From contig JAUWGF010000001.1 of assembly GCA_030606515.1 (NCBI GenBank), positions 1 through 40,571 of the forward strand: a DNA stretch of 40,571 nucleotides. The letters run 5' to 3'. The position numbers and the translations under genes were made by a program. The notes under the pieces are model-generated. The model was not told the origin of the DNA, ran no database searches, and saw only the letters and a list, made by a program, of their open reading frames with translations. Shown here piece by piece: positions 31,088 to 40,571 of this stretch (position 1 is the stretch's first letter; the number at the start of each line of letters is the position of its first letter). Origin of the DNA: Deltaproteobacteria bacterium (GTDB lineage Bacteria > Desulfobacterota > Dissulfuribacteria > Dissulfuribacterales > UBA3076).

Positions 31088-32521
31088 TTACTCATCTGCC
31101 TTATAAAAAGCATCAAACGCCCTATAGGTCATAAACAGGTCAGTCTTATGTGCAACCTCAAAGGGCGAGTGCATATTGAGCAGGGGAGGTCCCGCGTCGA
31201 CAATATCCAGGCCGCGCTGGGCGAGATACTTGGCCACAGTACCGCCTCCGCCTTCGTCCACCTTTCCCAACTCTCCGGCCTGCCAGACTACTTTGGCATC
31301 GTTCCAAACGCGCCTCAACCAGTTAACATATTCAGCATGAGCATCATTTGCTGAATACTTTCCTCCAGAGCCGGTATATTTCGTCAGGCAAACCCCGTGT
31401 CCGATCAGTGCATCATTACGTTCTTCATGGACTTCTTTATAATCAGGGTCTATCCCTGCTGTAACATCCGCTGAAATGGCCTTGGACGCAATAAGCATTC
31501 GTACGAGGCTATCCGCCTCGATTTGAAGCCCTCCATTCCGCATGAGATCATACAACACCATCTCAAAAAAACTGGACTTGGCCCCTGTATTTCCGTCACT
31601 ACCTATTTCTTCCTTGTCAAGGAACAGGGCGACTGAGGTAACTTGAGGTTCCTCAAGTTCAAGGATGGAGTATAGAGAGGCATATGCACAGGATCTATCA
31701 TCCTGCCCATAGCCACCTACAAAGGCCCCGTCCAGGCCCACATCCCTTGAACCACCTGCAGGGACAATTTCCAGCTCCGCACTTATTAGATCCTCTTCCA
31801 CCAGGCCGTATCTTTCGTTCAGAATCCTTAAAATACGTAATTTTACGCCATCCTTCAGGTCTTCAGGGCCTAAAAGAGGAAAACCACCTATCAACACATT
31901 AAGCTTTTCTGCCGGTATGGCCTCTGAAATCTTTTTCTCACCCTGCACCTTACGGGCAAGATGTGGCAAAAGATCATTTATTGTAAGTACAGGATCATGA
32001 GGATCCTCACCAAACTCAATAGGAATTGCACTCCCGTCTCCTTTCAGTGCCAGGCCATGGATGGCGAGAGGACGGGCTACCCAGTGAAACTTCTTGATCC
32101 CTCCGTAATAATGTGTCTTCAAAAAGGCCATCTCCAGATCTTCATAGATGGGATTCTGTTTCAGATCCAAACGGGGTGCGTCTATGTGTGAAGCAATGAT
32201 CCTGACCCCGTCACTGACAGGTGCCTTACCTGTTACGGCCAGGGCAGCCGCCTTCCCCCTAAAGGTCCACAAGACCCGATTGGAACCGGGCCCGGCCTGT
32301 TCAAACGGCACAAAACCCCTCTCCTGTGCCTTGCTTGCAATAATGTTAACAGACTCCCGTTCGGTCTTTGCCTTACTTATAAAGTCCTTATACTTGTCTG
32401 AATACAAAAGGGCCTTTTTTCGGTCTTTAGCTGTAATCTGAGACCAAACAGATCTTCGGCTACGGCATAGATCCTTTTCAAGGCGTTTCCATTCGGTTTT
32501 AGAAAGACGTTTTTCGCTCAT
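31088..32521 (-). CDS. M18-family aminopeptidase
   Basis: IIASHIDAPRLDLKQNPIYED..AFLKTHYYGGIKKFHW and C-terminal GGGGTVAKY...NMHSPFE, as I recall for M18 aminopeptidase 1. Confidence 0.7.
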   Translation of the reverse strand: MSEKRLSKTEWKRLEKDLCRSRRSVWSQITAKDRKKALLYSDKYKDFISKAKTERESVNIIASKAQERGFVPFEQAGPGSNRVLWTFRGKAAALAVTGKAPVSDGVRIIASHIDAPRLDLKQNPIYEDLEMAFLKTHYYGGIKKFHWVARPLAIHGLALKGDGSAIPIEFGEDPHDPVLTINDLLPHLARKVQGEKKISEAIPAEKLNVLIGGFPLLGPEDLKDGVKLRILRILNERYGLVEEDLISAELEIVPAGGSRDVGLDGAFVGGYGQDDRSCAYASLYSILELEEPQVTSVALFLDKEEIGSDGNTGAKSSFFEMVLYDLMRNGGLQIEADSLVRMLIASKAISADVTAGIDPDYKEVHEERNDALIGHGVCLTKYTGSGGKYSANDAHAEYVNWLRRVWNDAKVVWQAGELGKVDEGGGGTVAKYLAQRGLDIVDAGPPLLNMHSPFEVAHKTDLFMTYRAFDAFYKADE

Positions 32522-34427
32522 TTTTCCTCATCCTGGACCTAAGGGGTACAACCTTATCTTTTTTTGAACAGGCTGGTTCTTTTTCTCTGGATTTCACTAT
32601 TGGCAAAAGCGGTCGCACTCTATCACACTTCACACCATTATTTTTACAGATATCAGAAATCCCTTCAATCTGGCTGTCTGATGCCGACATGATAGACACA
32701 AAGACTCTCTTAACTCCGTATCTTTTAACAATGTCAGGTATGTCTTCCCTGGCTCCCAAGACCTTGATACCATGGATTATCTGGCTTTTTTTCGCAGGAT
32801 CGTCATCAATAAAACCCACCGGTAGATAATCGTGTTTTGAATTACGCCTGAGTTCCCTCAGAAACAGATCTCCGCCATCCCCTGCTCCCACTATTAGAAT
32901 AGGTGTCGAATTACTGCGTTCAGCCTGCAGGCTGAAATATTCCTTAAAGAGGCGCATAAGTAGACGGACGCCACCTATCATTATCAAAGTCAATAGGGCA
33001 TCGTTCAGGAAAAGAACTCTGGAATAACCTTCGAAGCGGTAAATATATAAAAGTAATCCGACAATAATTAGGGAGCTAGCTACAACTGCCTTAAAGATCT
33101 GCCACATATCTCCGATACTCATATACCGCCATTGACCTCTATACAGCCCAAAGATCCAAAAGCAGCACAGCTTGATAGGGATAATCAAAGGAAGAGATTT
33201 CTCTATAAGCTGTTGATTCCACAAACTAATAACACCATCGTATCGAAGAAGATAAGAAGTCAGATAGGCGATGCTTATAAGCACAGTATCCACCACTGCC
33301 TGGAGAATTTGCTTCTTATTAAGCATTCGGGATAAAAGTGAGGATCGTCGAAACAGGGTATCTGAATCCCCTGCCTTGCTATCATAAACAGTGCCATTCA
33401 AGTGTGTAAGAAATGTTCCGAAAAACAAGGAAATCACCGCCACCACACTCAGCATAACCAGGAGTCCCTGGGCACTTTGGTATGACAGATATAATGCTAA
33501 GGCTGATATGCTTCCCGCCCATGCCATGAGTGTTAACACAGTCCTTTTTTCTGAATATCCCAGCAAAACCATGCGATGAGAGGTATGATCACGCCCCCCT
33601 TTAGAAATAGGTCGTCCGGTCTGGACCCTGGTAAAGGATACAAGGGCGGTGTCAAAGAGTGGTATGATCAGGACCGCCACAGGGACCACCAGCACCAGTA
33701 CCAAGCTGGTAACTCCGGTATAACCTCCAGATGCTGGATCAGGTAGCCCTGACGTCCAAGTACCTGTTACGGTCAGACCGGCCAGGAGAAAGCCCAGGAA
33801 GAGGCTTCCGCAATCTCCCATAAATATTTTGGCGGGATTAAAGTTATATATCCAGAATCCAGCAGTAGCCCCCGCAAGGAGTATAGCCGGCAGACCTAAT
33901 AGAATCGGACCTCCAAGTTGGCTATATACCCAAAGTGAACAGGCAGCTATAAACGAAATGCCGGCCGCCAGACCATCCATGTTGTCCAGAATATTGACTG
34001 CATTGGTAATAGCTACGAACCAAAAAAGTGTTAAGATTATGGATGCGGCAGGATGCCACAGTCCTTGTATCCTCACCCCCCCGGCCACAATTAGAGCAGA
34101 GATGATTAATTGCCCTATAAATTTACTTTGAGGCGACAGGTCGTTAACATCATCAACCAGCCCCAATAAGAACATTGCACTTGCTCCCAGAGTCAGGACA
34201 AGCATGGGAGATGAGATTTCCCTGAGAAACAAATTGGGAAGCATAAATGACAAGAATAACGCAATGCCTCCCAGAAGGGCTGTTGGACGCCTATGCCACC
34301 GATCCTCCCTGGGCTGAGCCATAAAGCCAATGCGTCTCGAGAACCAGATCACGCATGGAGTCAGGAAAGCACTTAGTCCAAAGGAGTAGAGAAAAAAAAG
34401 GCCTGCATCAAGTAGGGTAATCGACAT
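32499..34427 (-). CDS. GT4 (WecA/MraY-like) polyprenyl-phosphate hexosamine-1-phosphate transferase fused to a CapD/WbpM-N-terminal-like membrane plus Rossmann module
   Basis: The N-terminal half has NILDNMDGLAAG and FMGDCGSLFLGF in about 10 TM helices. The C-terminal half has 4 TM helices, then ILIVGAGDGGDLFLRELRRNSKHDYLPVGFIDDDPAKK...IKVLG. It overlaps the aminopeptidase start by 23 nt. Confidence 0.75.
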   Translation of the reverse strand: MSITLLDAGLFFLYSFGLSAFLTPCVIWFSRRIGFMAQPREDRWHRRPTALLGGIALFLSFMLPNLFLREISSPMLVLTLGASAMFLLGLVDDVNDLSPQSKFIGQLIISALIVAGGVRIQGLWHPAASIILTLFWFVAITNAVNILDNMDGLAAGISFIAACSLWVYSQLGGPILLGLPAILLAGATAGFWIYNFNPAKIFMGDCGSLFLGFLLAGLTVTGTWTSGLPDPASGGYTGVTSLVLVLVVPVAVLIIPLFDTALVSFTRVQTGRPISKGGRDHTSHRMVLLGYSEKRTVLTLMAWAGSISALALYLSYQSAQGLLVMLSVVAVISLFFGTFLTHLNGTVYDSKAGDSDTLFRRSSLLSRMLNKKQILQAVVDTVLISIAYLTSYLLRYDGVISLWNQQLIEKSLPLIIPIKLCCFWIFGLYRGQWRYMSIGDMWQIFKAVVASSLIIVGLLLYIYRFEGYSRVLFLNDALLTLIMIGGVRLLMRLFKEYFSLQAERSNSTPILIVGAGDGGDLFLRELRRNSKHDYLPVGFIDDDPAKKSQIIHGIKVLGAREDIPDIVKRYGVKRVFVSIMSASDSQIEGISDICKNNGVKCDRVRPLLPIVKSREKEPACSKKDKVVPLRSRMRKNERKTSF

Positions 34428-34428
34428 A

Positions 34429-35394
34429 CTAGATAATAGAACGAAAATATTCTACAGTCTTTTCAAGAATTGTATCAAGAGGCGTTTGTGGAACAAAATC
34501 TATTAAGCTGTTGAGCTTTTCAGATGAAGGGACCCTGCGCATCATGTCTTCAAAGTCTTTGCCGTAGACCTGTTCATAAGGTACATAAATTATTTCAGAC
34601 TTGCTCCCGGCAATAGACTTAATACGCTCGGCAAGCTCTGATATAGAGATCTCTTCTGTGCCCCCTATGTTTACTATTTTACCTAGTGCCTCTTCGCACT
34701 TCATAAGCCGGTATATGGCCTCTACTACATCCCCAAAATAAGTGAACGTACGGGTCTGCCGGCCATCACCAAAAACTGTTATAGGCTCATCCCTAAGTGC
34801 CTGCTGAATAAACCTGGGTACCACCATCCCATAGAGACCTGTCTGCCTGGGACCTATGGTATTGAAACAACGGAATATGGCCACTTTAAGCTTTTTGGTG
34901 CGATGATATGCAAGTGCGGTAAACTCATCTATAAGCTTCGAAGCTGCATAGCTCCAGCGCATGGTACTGGGAGGACCATAAATTAAGTTATCATCCTCTT
35001 TAAGAGGGGCGTGCATATGTTTCCCATAGACTTCCGACGTTGATGCTATGAGTATTTTTTTCTTGTACCTGTTGGCCAGCTTAAGCGCAATTTCAGTCCC
35101 ACAAATGTTGGTTTCAATGGAGGAAAGCGGATTTTCTATGACATATTTGACACCTACAGCAGCAGCAAGATGAATTATTACATCACATTGCTGAATAAGA
35201 CTATCCATCCTATCTTTATTCAGGATAGTGTCGTTTATATATTGAAACCTCGGATCACCCTGCAGGTGGACTATATTTTCAAAGAAGCCCGTGGAAAGAT
35301 CATCTATGACTGAGACATAGTCTCCTTTAGAAATGAGGTAATCACATAGATGGGACCCGATAAAACCGGCTCCGCCCGTCACTAAAATATTCAT
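34429..35394 (-). CDS. Extended-SDR NAD-dependent sugar epimerase/dehydratase
   Basis: NILVTGGAGFIGSHL, the catalytic YAASK motif, and a 1-nt gap to the GT4 gene. Confidence 0.8.
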   Translation of the reverse strand: MNILVTGGAGFIGSHLCDYLISKGDYVSVIDDLSTGFFENIVHLQGDPRFQYINDTILNKDRMDSLIQQCDVIIHLAAAVGVKYVIENPLSSIETNICGTEIALKLANRYKKKILIASTSEVYGKHMHAPLKEDDNLIYGPPSTMRWSYAASKLIDEFTALAYHRTKKLKVAIFRCFNTIGPRQTGLYGMVVPRFIQQALRDEPITVFGDGRQTRTFTYFGDVVEAIYRLMKCEEALGKIVNIGGTEEISISELAERIKSIAGSKSEIIYVPYEQVYGKDFEDMMRRVPSSEKLNSLIDFVPQTPLDTILEKTVEYFRSII

Positions 35395-35472
35395 GCGCGC
35401 TTCTCTCCAGATATTAGCTTTACCTTTTTATCTATAACGTTTGAAAAAATCAAGGAATAATGAGAAAATTAT

Positions 35473-37983
35473 CTAATCGGAACAGAACACTCCTTCCCAG
35501 GATTCAAGGGCCATATCATCAAGCTTTCGCCACATACGCAAGCCCGAAGGCCCAACCTTTTCCAAGGCGGTCCTTGACTCACCGTAATCTTGGCCATAAA
35601 AAAGAAACAACCGTAGATTTTTTATTTTACCGCAAGTCCTGTACCGTATTTTTTTTGCATTCTCTACTTTACCCCTGCCCTCGTATATCCGAGCAAGACG
35701 TTCATAGCCAGACCAATACGTCTCGTGTCTTTTTAAAAAAGAGAGCCACATCACAACCGCTTCTGAAAAATTTTCAAAATATTCGTAGGATAAAGCAAGC
35801 AGTAAAGGGCATGCCTCTCCTTCCGTCTCACAAAATGGCGAAACAAGGATCTCTTTAGGTGATAACAATTCCTCACTTCGCACTAGTCCACTCAAGTAGG
35901 CCCCAGGAGCCGGCATCAGCCTCCCATTTTTTGCGAGCATTGGAACCGGTCTTTCTTTATTTCCATTTTCCTCTTCGCTACCATATAAAAAGGGGTATTT
36001 TCCTGTAATTATTTTTAAACCCAGGGCCTCTGTATCAGCCTCCTGTCCTAATCCATAGGCCGAAAAATTGATCCATCTGCCTCTGTGTGCTTCCAGATGA
36101 TTTGGTGCCTGTTGAATTATTTTCCCATAAAGATCGAGTGCCTCTTCATATCTTCCTGCCAAGCCAAGGGCATAGCCTTCACACAGCAGTTTTTTTTCTT
36201 CCCCCCACTTCCAATTATCGCCTGCACAAATTGAAGAAAGCACTTCCTCGGCTACTTCGGTCTCACCCATGTCAAGAAGCAGATAGGCCTGCTTTAGCTT
36301 AAGCCTTGCCGAAGAAGGATAAATAGATAGTGCCCCTTCAAGCAAAACAACAGCCTTCTTCCACATATTCATATCAAGATAACTATCGATCAGCATATCA
36401 ATAGACCACAGGGACCGGCCCTCAGACCAACAGTGTCTTAACACCCTGTCAGCCACATCATGCTGACCAAGACCCAAAAGCAACTTCACGCCGGCCTGCA
36501 GGAGATCTCTCCTTTTCTCAACCTGGCCGGCCAAAGCAAACAAAGCGTCGTTATATAAACGAAATCTCATCCGGGCACTCATATAACCAATCGATGTGGC
36601 AAGAGAAACATATGAGGTCAATATGTCATCATCCTTAAAGAAATCGCTTTCCCTGTCTAAAAGCCTTTCAACACCTTCTCCGTCCTCGTTCCCCAGATAG
36701 ACCTTTAACAGAAGCTCTCTTCCCTTGATGTCATTTTCCAGCGCACTATGCATATCCTCAGTAACTAAAAGGCCTGCCTGATCAAAATTCTCAGCCTCTA
36801 AAAGTAACTCAACCAAATGCATAGTAATGCCTGGATTGGGCTCAACAAGTAAGAGTTCCTCGTAAATGGCAATGGCTGGTGCAAAAAGCTGAAGGCGCTC
36901 ATACGCGCGGGCCATAAACAGCAGACCCATTTTATTGCTAGGTTCTTCTCTCAGAAAAATCCTGAATGTCTCAAGTGCCTTGAGATAATTACGTGAAGCA
37001 AAATACAGACGCCCCGAAGTCGCCAAAAGCTGCTTATCAAGCGCTTCCGGATGATCATGCTTCAAATCCTCAAGGACCTTGATTGCTGACTGGACATCTC
37101 CGTCCATCAAATATAAGGATACAAGCTCATTAACACCCCATATAAGATTATCTATGTGATCTTCCCCTGTATTATCGCTGGAAAGCGCCACAAACCTCTC
37201 AAATATCTTAATGGCCTTATCTCGATCTCCCACAGCTAAAAGGGCCTTTGCATAGTTAGCTAAAAAGTCTGGATCATCTTCATATTGAGGTAGCAATTTC
37301 TGGAAATGAGATAATGAACTCTTTGCTCTTTTCAGACGCAGAAGCCCACAAGCCAGATTAAACTCAAGGTCTTTTCGGTCAGGTTCAATGGCTAAAGCCT
37401 TTTGGAGATATGTTATAGACTCATTAAACCTTTTTTGGGATTCCAGGCAACGGGCAAGACCCTCTAAGACCTTTACCAAGGTCAACTCTTCAGGGATATT
37501 CAGCAATTCATTCCTGGCAACGTGGACATTTCCCCCTTGGAGACTGAGTTCTGTCACCAAATTCTTATAGATGACTGCAGCTTTATCACACTGACCTGAA
37601 CAGCTTAGAAGTTCTGCAAGAATGAACAATGCTTGAATATTATGGGGTCTGGCCTCCACAACATGCTCAAGTTCAAGTATAACTTGACTTTCTTTATTTA
37701 ACCGCATTAAAACTAAAGCCAGCTCCCATCTGGCTTCTATGAGACCTTGGCGATCTTTTAACAATTCTCTGTAAAGGGCTACAGCACCATCCAGTTCGTT
37801 TTTTTTCACCATTTCCCTGGCTTCATCCCAGACCAGTTGCCATGAAGGAGAAACCGCCTCATGAGTTACCTGAATTTTTGCCTGCGGCATGTTATTTTGA
37901 GAGATTTTTACCAAATCCTGCCCATTAGCAGTTGGTGCTAAAATGATGAGAAATGAAAAAATGCCTACAAGAAGGTCCCTCAT
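35473..37983 (-). CDS. Large secreted TPR-repeat protein
   Basis: Start set at ATG 37983 (MRDLLVGIFSFLIILAPTANGQ, signal-like). Many TPR-like A/L/Y-rich repeats run throughout. The track ORF extension to 38268 would overlap rpoZ and is rejected. Confidence 0.7.
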   Translation of the reverse strand: MRDLLVGIFSFLIILAPTANGQDLVKISQNNMPQAKIQVTHEAVSPSWQLVWDEAREMVKKNELDGAVALYRELLKDRQGLIEARWELALVLMRLNKESQVILELEHVVEARPHNIQALFILAELLSCSGQCDKAAVIYKNLVTELSLQGGNVHVARNELLNIPEELTLVKVLEGLARCLESQKRFNESITYLQKALAIEPDRKDLEFNLACGLLRLKRAKSSLSHFQKLLPQYEDDPDFLANYAKALLAVGDRDKAIKIFERFVALSSDNTGEDHIDNLIWGVNELVSLYLMDGDVQSAIKVLEDLKHDHPEALDKQLLATSGRLYFASRNYLKALETFRIFLREEPSNKMGLLFMARAYERLQLFAPAIAIYEELLLVEPNPGITMHLVELLLEAENFDQAGLLVTEDMHSALENDIKGRELLLKVYLGNEDGEGVERLLDRESDFFKDDDILTSYVSLATSIGYMSARMRFRLYNDALFALAGQVEKRRDLLQAGVKLLLGLGQHDVADRVLRHCWSEGRSLWSIDMLIDSYLDMNMWKKAVVLLEGALSIYPSSARLKLKQAYLLLDMGETEVAEEVLSSICAGDNWKWGEEKKLLCEGYALGLAGRYEEALDLYGKIIQQAPNHLEAHRGRWINFSAYGLGQEADTEALGLKIITGKYPFLYGSEEENGNKERPVPMLAKNGRLMPAPGAYLSGLVRSEELLSPKEILVSPFCETEGEACPLLLALSYEYFENFSEAVVMWLSFLKRHETYWSGYERLARIYEGRGKVENAKKIRYRTCGKIKNLRLFLFYGQDYGESRTALEKVGPSGLRMWRKLDDMALESWEGVFCSD

Positions 37984-38173
37984 ATTAGTCCTGTTATGAT
38001 AGCTATGTTGAATAAGGATTGCGACAACTAAAACTGATATTATAATAATATATTCTAAAAGGCACTTGCAAAATACTAAATCTTGTTCTAAGGGTCTGTC
38101 ACAAAATAAATGGAGGGCCCAAAGCACTATCCACTTATTAATGTTATGCTGTTTTTTAACTGGAGAATATGCA

Positions 38174-38437
38174 ATGGCGAGAATAACAATAGAAGACTGC
38201 CTGGAAAATTTGCCTAACCGTTTTGCATTAGTACACCTTGCGATCGAGAGGGTAAAGCAATTGCGCAAAGGCGCTCAGCCCTTGGTCAAATGCAAAAACA
38301 GAGAAATAGTCCGGGCATTGAGAGAAATTGCCAGAGACAAAGTAAAATTTGAAAATCTGGAAGAATTGGCTCGAGAGGCAGAAGAGCAACGAATTTTCCA
38401 AGCATTACAGACAGATACCAATCAGGCAGAAGGTTGA
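38174..38437 (+). CDS. rpoZ: DNA-directed RNA polymerase omega subunit
   Basis: MARITIEDCLENLPNRFALVHLAIERVKQLRKG. SD tggaga sits before ATG 38174. Confidence 0.85.
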   Translation: MARITIEDCLENLPNRFALVHLAIERVKQLRKGAQPLVKCKNREIVRALREIARDKVKFENLEELAREAEEQRIFQALQTDTNQAEG

Positions 38438-38463
38438 AAAAAGACCGCTTTTAGGCATTATCA

Positions 38464-39603
38464 ATGAAAAAAGACTACTATGAGATTTTGGGGGTCTCCC
38501 GAGACTGCTCATCTGAAGAACTAAAAAAAGCCTACCGGAAGCTGGCTTTAAAATATCATCCTGATAAAAATCAGGGTGATAAAGACGCAGAGGAACACTT
38601 CAAGGAGGCGGCAGAGGCCTATGAAGTGCTCAGAGATCCTCATAAAAGGCAGACCTATGATCTTTACGGTCACGAAGGAATAGCCGGGACAGGCTTCAGA
38701 GGTTTTTCCGGACCACAAGACATATTTAGTAACTTTGGCGACCTGTTTGAAGATCTGTTTGGTTTCTCTGCTACTCACCGACGACATGGCGCATCCATGG
38801 GGCCGGAGGCAGGTACGGATCTGAGATACAACCTTGAGGTTTCCTTTGAAGATGCTGCCAGGGGTACGGAGACTGAAATCGAGATAGTTCGTCTTGAGTC
38901 CTGTTCCATCTGCAAAGGAACAGGTATGGCCTCTGGGAGCCATCCTGCTACCTGTCCTACTTGCCAGGGAAGAGGCCAAATAATAAGGTCGGAAGGCTTC
39001 TTCAGGATCTCCTCTACTTGTCCACACTGTTCCGGAACCGGAACGATTATCACAAACCCCTGCAAAACCTGCCAAGGTAAAGGCAGAATCCGAGAACGAC
39101 ATAAGGTAAGGGTACGTATTCCTGCAGGTGTAGATACAGGCTCGAGATTGCGCCTGAGGAAGGAGGGTGAAGCCGGTCTCAGGGATGGGTCCAGGGGGGA
39201 TCTCTACATAATAATCCACGTAAAACCCCACGACCTTTTCGAACGTCATGGCAATGATATATATTTTCGCCTTCCTATTTCTATTGTCCAGGCGGCCCTG
39301 GGAGACAAAGTCGAAGTATCGACCCTGGATGGACCTCGCAACTTAAAGATTCCAGCAGGAACCCAGACAGGAGAGCACTTCAGGCTGAAAGGACTTGGCA
39401 TTCCTGATCTTAGAGGATTTGGGGCCGGGGATCAGATAGTTGAAGTTGCTATTATAACACCAACCAAGTTGACAGAGCGCCAATGTGCCCTGCTTCAGGA
39501 ATTCGCTGATATCGAAAGAGAAAAAAAAGAAGGCGGCTTCTTTCATAAACTGTTTAGACGATCCGAAGCACATGGGCACTCCAGCCAGGAGAGGACATCT
39601 TGA
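38464..39603 (+). CDS. dnaJ: Chaperone DnaJ
   Basis: J domain ([13 protein letters not shown]), G/F region, and four CxxCxGxG zinc motifs ([32 protein letters not shown]). Confidence 0.95.
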   Translation: MKKDYYEILGVSRDCSSEELKKAYRKLALKYHPDKNQGDKDAEEHFKEAAEAYEVLRDPHKRQTYDLYGHEGIAGTGFRGFSGPQDIFSNFGDLFEDLFGFSATHRRHGASMGPEAGTDLRYNLEVSFEDAARGTETEIEIVRLESCSICKGTGMASGSHPATCPTCQGRGQIIRSEGFFRISSTCPHCSGTGTIITNPCKTCQGKGRIRERHKVRVRIPAGVDTGSRLRLRKEGEAGLRDGSRGDLYIIIHVKPHDLFERHGNDIYFRLPISIVQAALGDKVEVSTLDGPRNLKIPAGTQTGEHFRLKGLGIPDLRGFGAGDQIVEVAIITPTKLTERQCALLQEFADIEREKKEGGFFHKLFRRSEAHGHSSQERTS

Positions 39604-40085
39604 GCAAGGATTCCTTTTCTCATCTGAACCAAAAAGGCCAGGCCCACATGGTGGACGTAAGCCCAAAACCTATGACCCAAAGGGAAGCGGTTGCTTCAGG
39701 ACGGGTAATAATAGGACCTGATGCCTTTAATCTTCTTATTGACAGTAAAATCTCCAAAGGTGATATTCTGGCTGTAGCCAGGATAGCGGGGATAATGGCT
39801 GCCAAAAAAGTGGAAACCTTGATTCCCCTTTGTCACTCTTTAACTTTGCAAAAAATAGAAATTGACTTCACTCCGGACTCAGAGAAAAATGCCATAGAAA
39901 TTTTGGCACGTGCAAAGGCAAAAGGCGCTACTGGCGTAGAAATGGAAGCACTAACAGCTGTTTCAGTTGCTGCTTTGACCATTTACGATATGTGCAAGTC
40001 AGCAGAGAAAAATATAACTATTGAAAAAATACAATTGGATTATAAAACCGGCGGAAAGAGCGGAACCTGGAAAAGAAAGTTCTGA
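39600..40085 (+). CDS. moaC: Cyclic pyranopterin monophosphate synthase MoaC
   Basis: [63 protein letters not shown]. The TTG start overlaps the dnaJ stop. Confidence 0.9.
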   Translation: MSKDSFSHLNQKGQAHMVDVSPKPMTQREAVASGRVIIGPDAFNLLIDSKISKGDILAVARIAGIMAAKKVETLIPLCHSLTLQKIEIDFTPDSEKNAIEILARAKAKGATGVEMEALTAVSVAALTIYDMCKSAEKNITIEKIQLDYKTGGKSGTWKRKF

Positions 40086-40098
40086 GGAGAATACTAGC

Positions 40099-40461
40099 AT
40101 GGAACAGGCCCAACTGGAATATTTTCGCAGCCTACTCCAGAAAAAACTCGATGATCTTTTAGGGGAAGCGGATAAGACCTTGGAAGAGATGACTGACATG
40201 AACAACCACTTTCCTGACCCAACAGATCGGGCGTCCGTAGAGTCTGATCGTAGTTTTGAGCTACGCATCAGAGATAGGGAGAGAAAGCTCATAAAAAAGA
40301 TTAATAAGGCCTTAGAGAGGATCGAAGATGGGACTTATGGCATCTGTGAAGATTGTGGTGAAGAAATAGGGGCTAAACGGCTGACGGCCAGACCTGTCAC
40401 AACCCGTTGCATTGAGTGCAAGTCCAAGCAAGAAAGGGAGGAAAAGGCCAGAGGCATATAA
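40099..40461 (+). CDS. dksA: DksA/TraR-family C4 zinc-finger regulator
   Basis: Coiled-coil N-terminus and [28 protein letters not shown] gaggaga sits before ATG 40099. Confidence 0.8.
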   Translation: MEQAQLEYFRSLLQKKLDDLLGEADKTLEEMTDMNNHFPDPTDRASVESDRSFELRIRDRERKLIKKINKALERIEDGTYGICEDCGEEIGAKRLTARPVTTRCIECKSKQEREEKARGI

Positions 40462-40571
40462 TGCTGCAGTTATATATTGCCTTCCTTTGGCATATGCATC
40501 AACCTCTGTACCTTGACCCGACAAGGGATCGCTTTGCGATGCCCTGGGTCAGGCTCCATGCCGTCAAGGCT
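40461..40571 (+). CDS. Glycoside hydrolase family 57-like protein, 5' fragment (runs off the window)
   Basis: [37 protein letters not shown]. The WHxHQPxY and PWVRLHA motifs are as I recall for GH57 N-termini. The ATG overlaps the dksA stop (TAATG). Confidence 0.5.
   Translation, partial: MLQLYIAFLWHMHQPLYLDPTRDRFAMPWVRLHAVKA

Noticed and set aside
35460-35858. 132-aa plus-strand ORF
   Set aside because: It lies entirely within and antisense to the C-terminal part of the large TPR protein, and its basic low-complexity translation has no SD.
37984-38268. 95-codon N-terminal extension of the TPR ORF, and the 36-codon extension of rpoZ (38066-38173)
   Set aside because: The two extensions overlap each other on opposite strands. 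The internal starts give a signal peptide (TPR protein) and the conserved MARITIEDC N-terminus with an SD (rpoZ).
38548-39249. 233-aa minus-strand ORF
   Set aside because: It is antisense to dnaJ, whose J domain and four zinc motifs are unambiguous.

Overview
This 40.6-kb window looks chromosomal. Its gene content suggests an anaerobic deltaproteobacterium (Desulfobacterota), but that is inference from gene families, since no search was possible. I support about 33 protein genes.

Most are housekeeping:
- Cofactor and nucleotide metabolism: cbiK behind a cobalamin riboswitch, a purD-purE fusion, a polyprenyl synthase, tkt, larC, nadB, moaC.
- DNA, RNA and stress functions: mutS, cinA, thpR, rpoZ, dnaJ, dksA.
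- Envelope and lipid: an amidase-pal-skp cluster, pgpA, and a polysaccharide cluster (GT4 transferase, epimerase, TPR protein).

I saw no tRNA, rRNA, CRISPR array, transposase or integrase.

The most interesting region is 17.7-25.0 kb. An mglB-mglA (Ras-like GTPase plus GAP) pair is co-transcribed with an orphan acidic 508-aa protein and a TPR::PilB-type secretion ATPase fusion. Divergently transcribed from it are a CheA-P1-like Hpt protein whose phospho-accepting His is Gln, and a membrane HD-GYP protein. All three transcription units carry the same sigma-28-like promoter, (T/C)AA(G/C)-N15-GTCGATAA. I propose this as a candidate undescribed GTPase-switched ATPase module.

The window also carries a dispersed family of palindromic cassettes whose arms are tandem heptamer arrays. 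Three copies form a deletion series around a decayed four-helix-bundle (23S rRNA IVS-type) ORF, and one copy has remodelled the 3' end of thpR. A 133-bp MITE with a 6-bp target duplication interrupts a response-regulator gene inside an AT-rich two-component island.

All coordinates and motifs were read by hand. No database search or computation was run.
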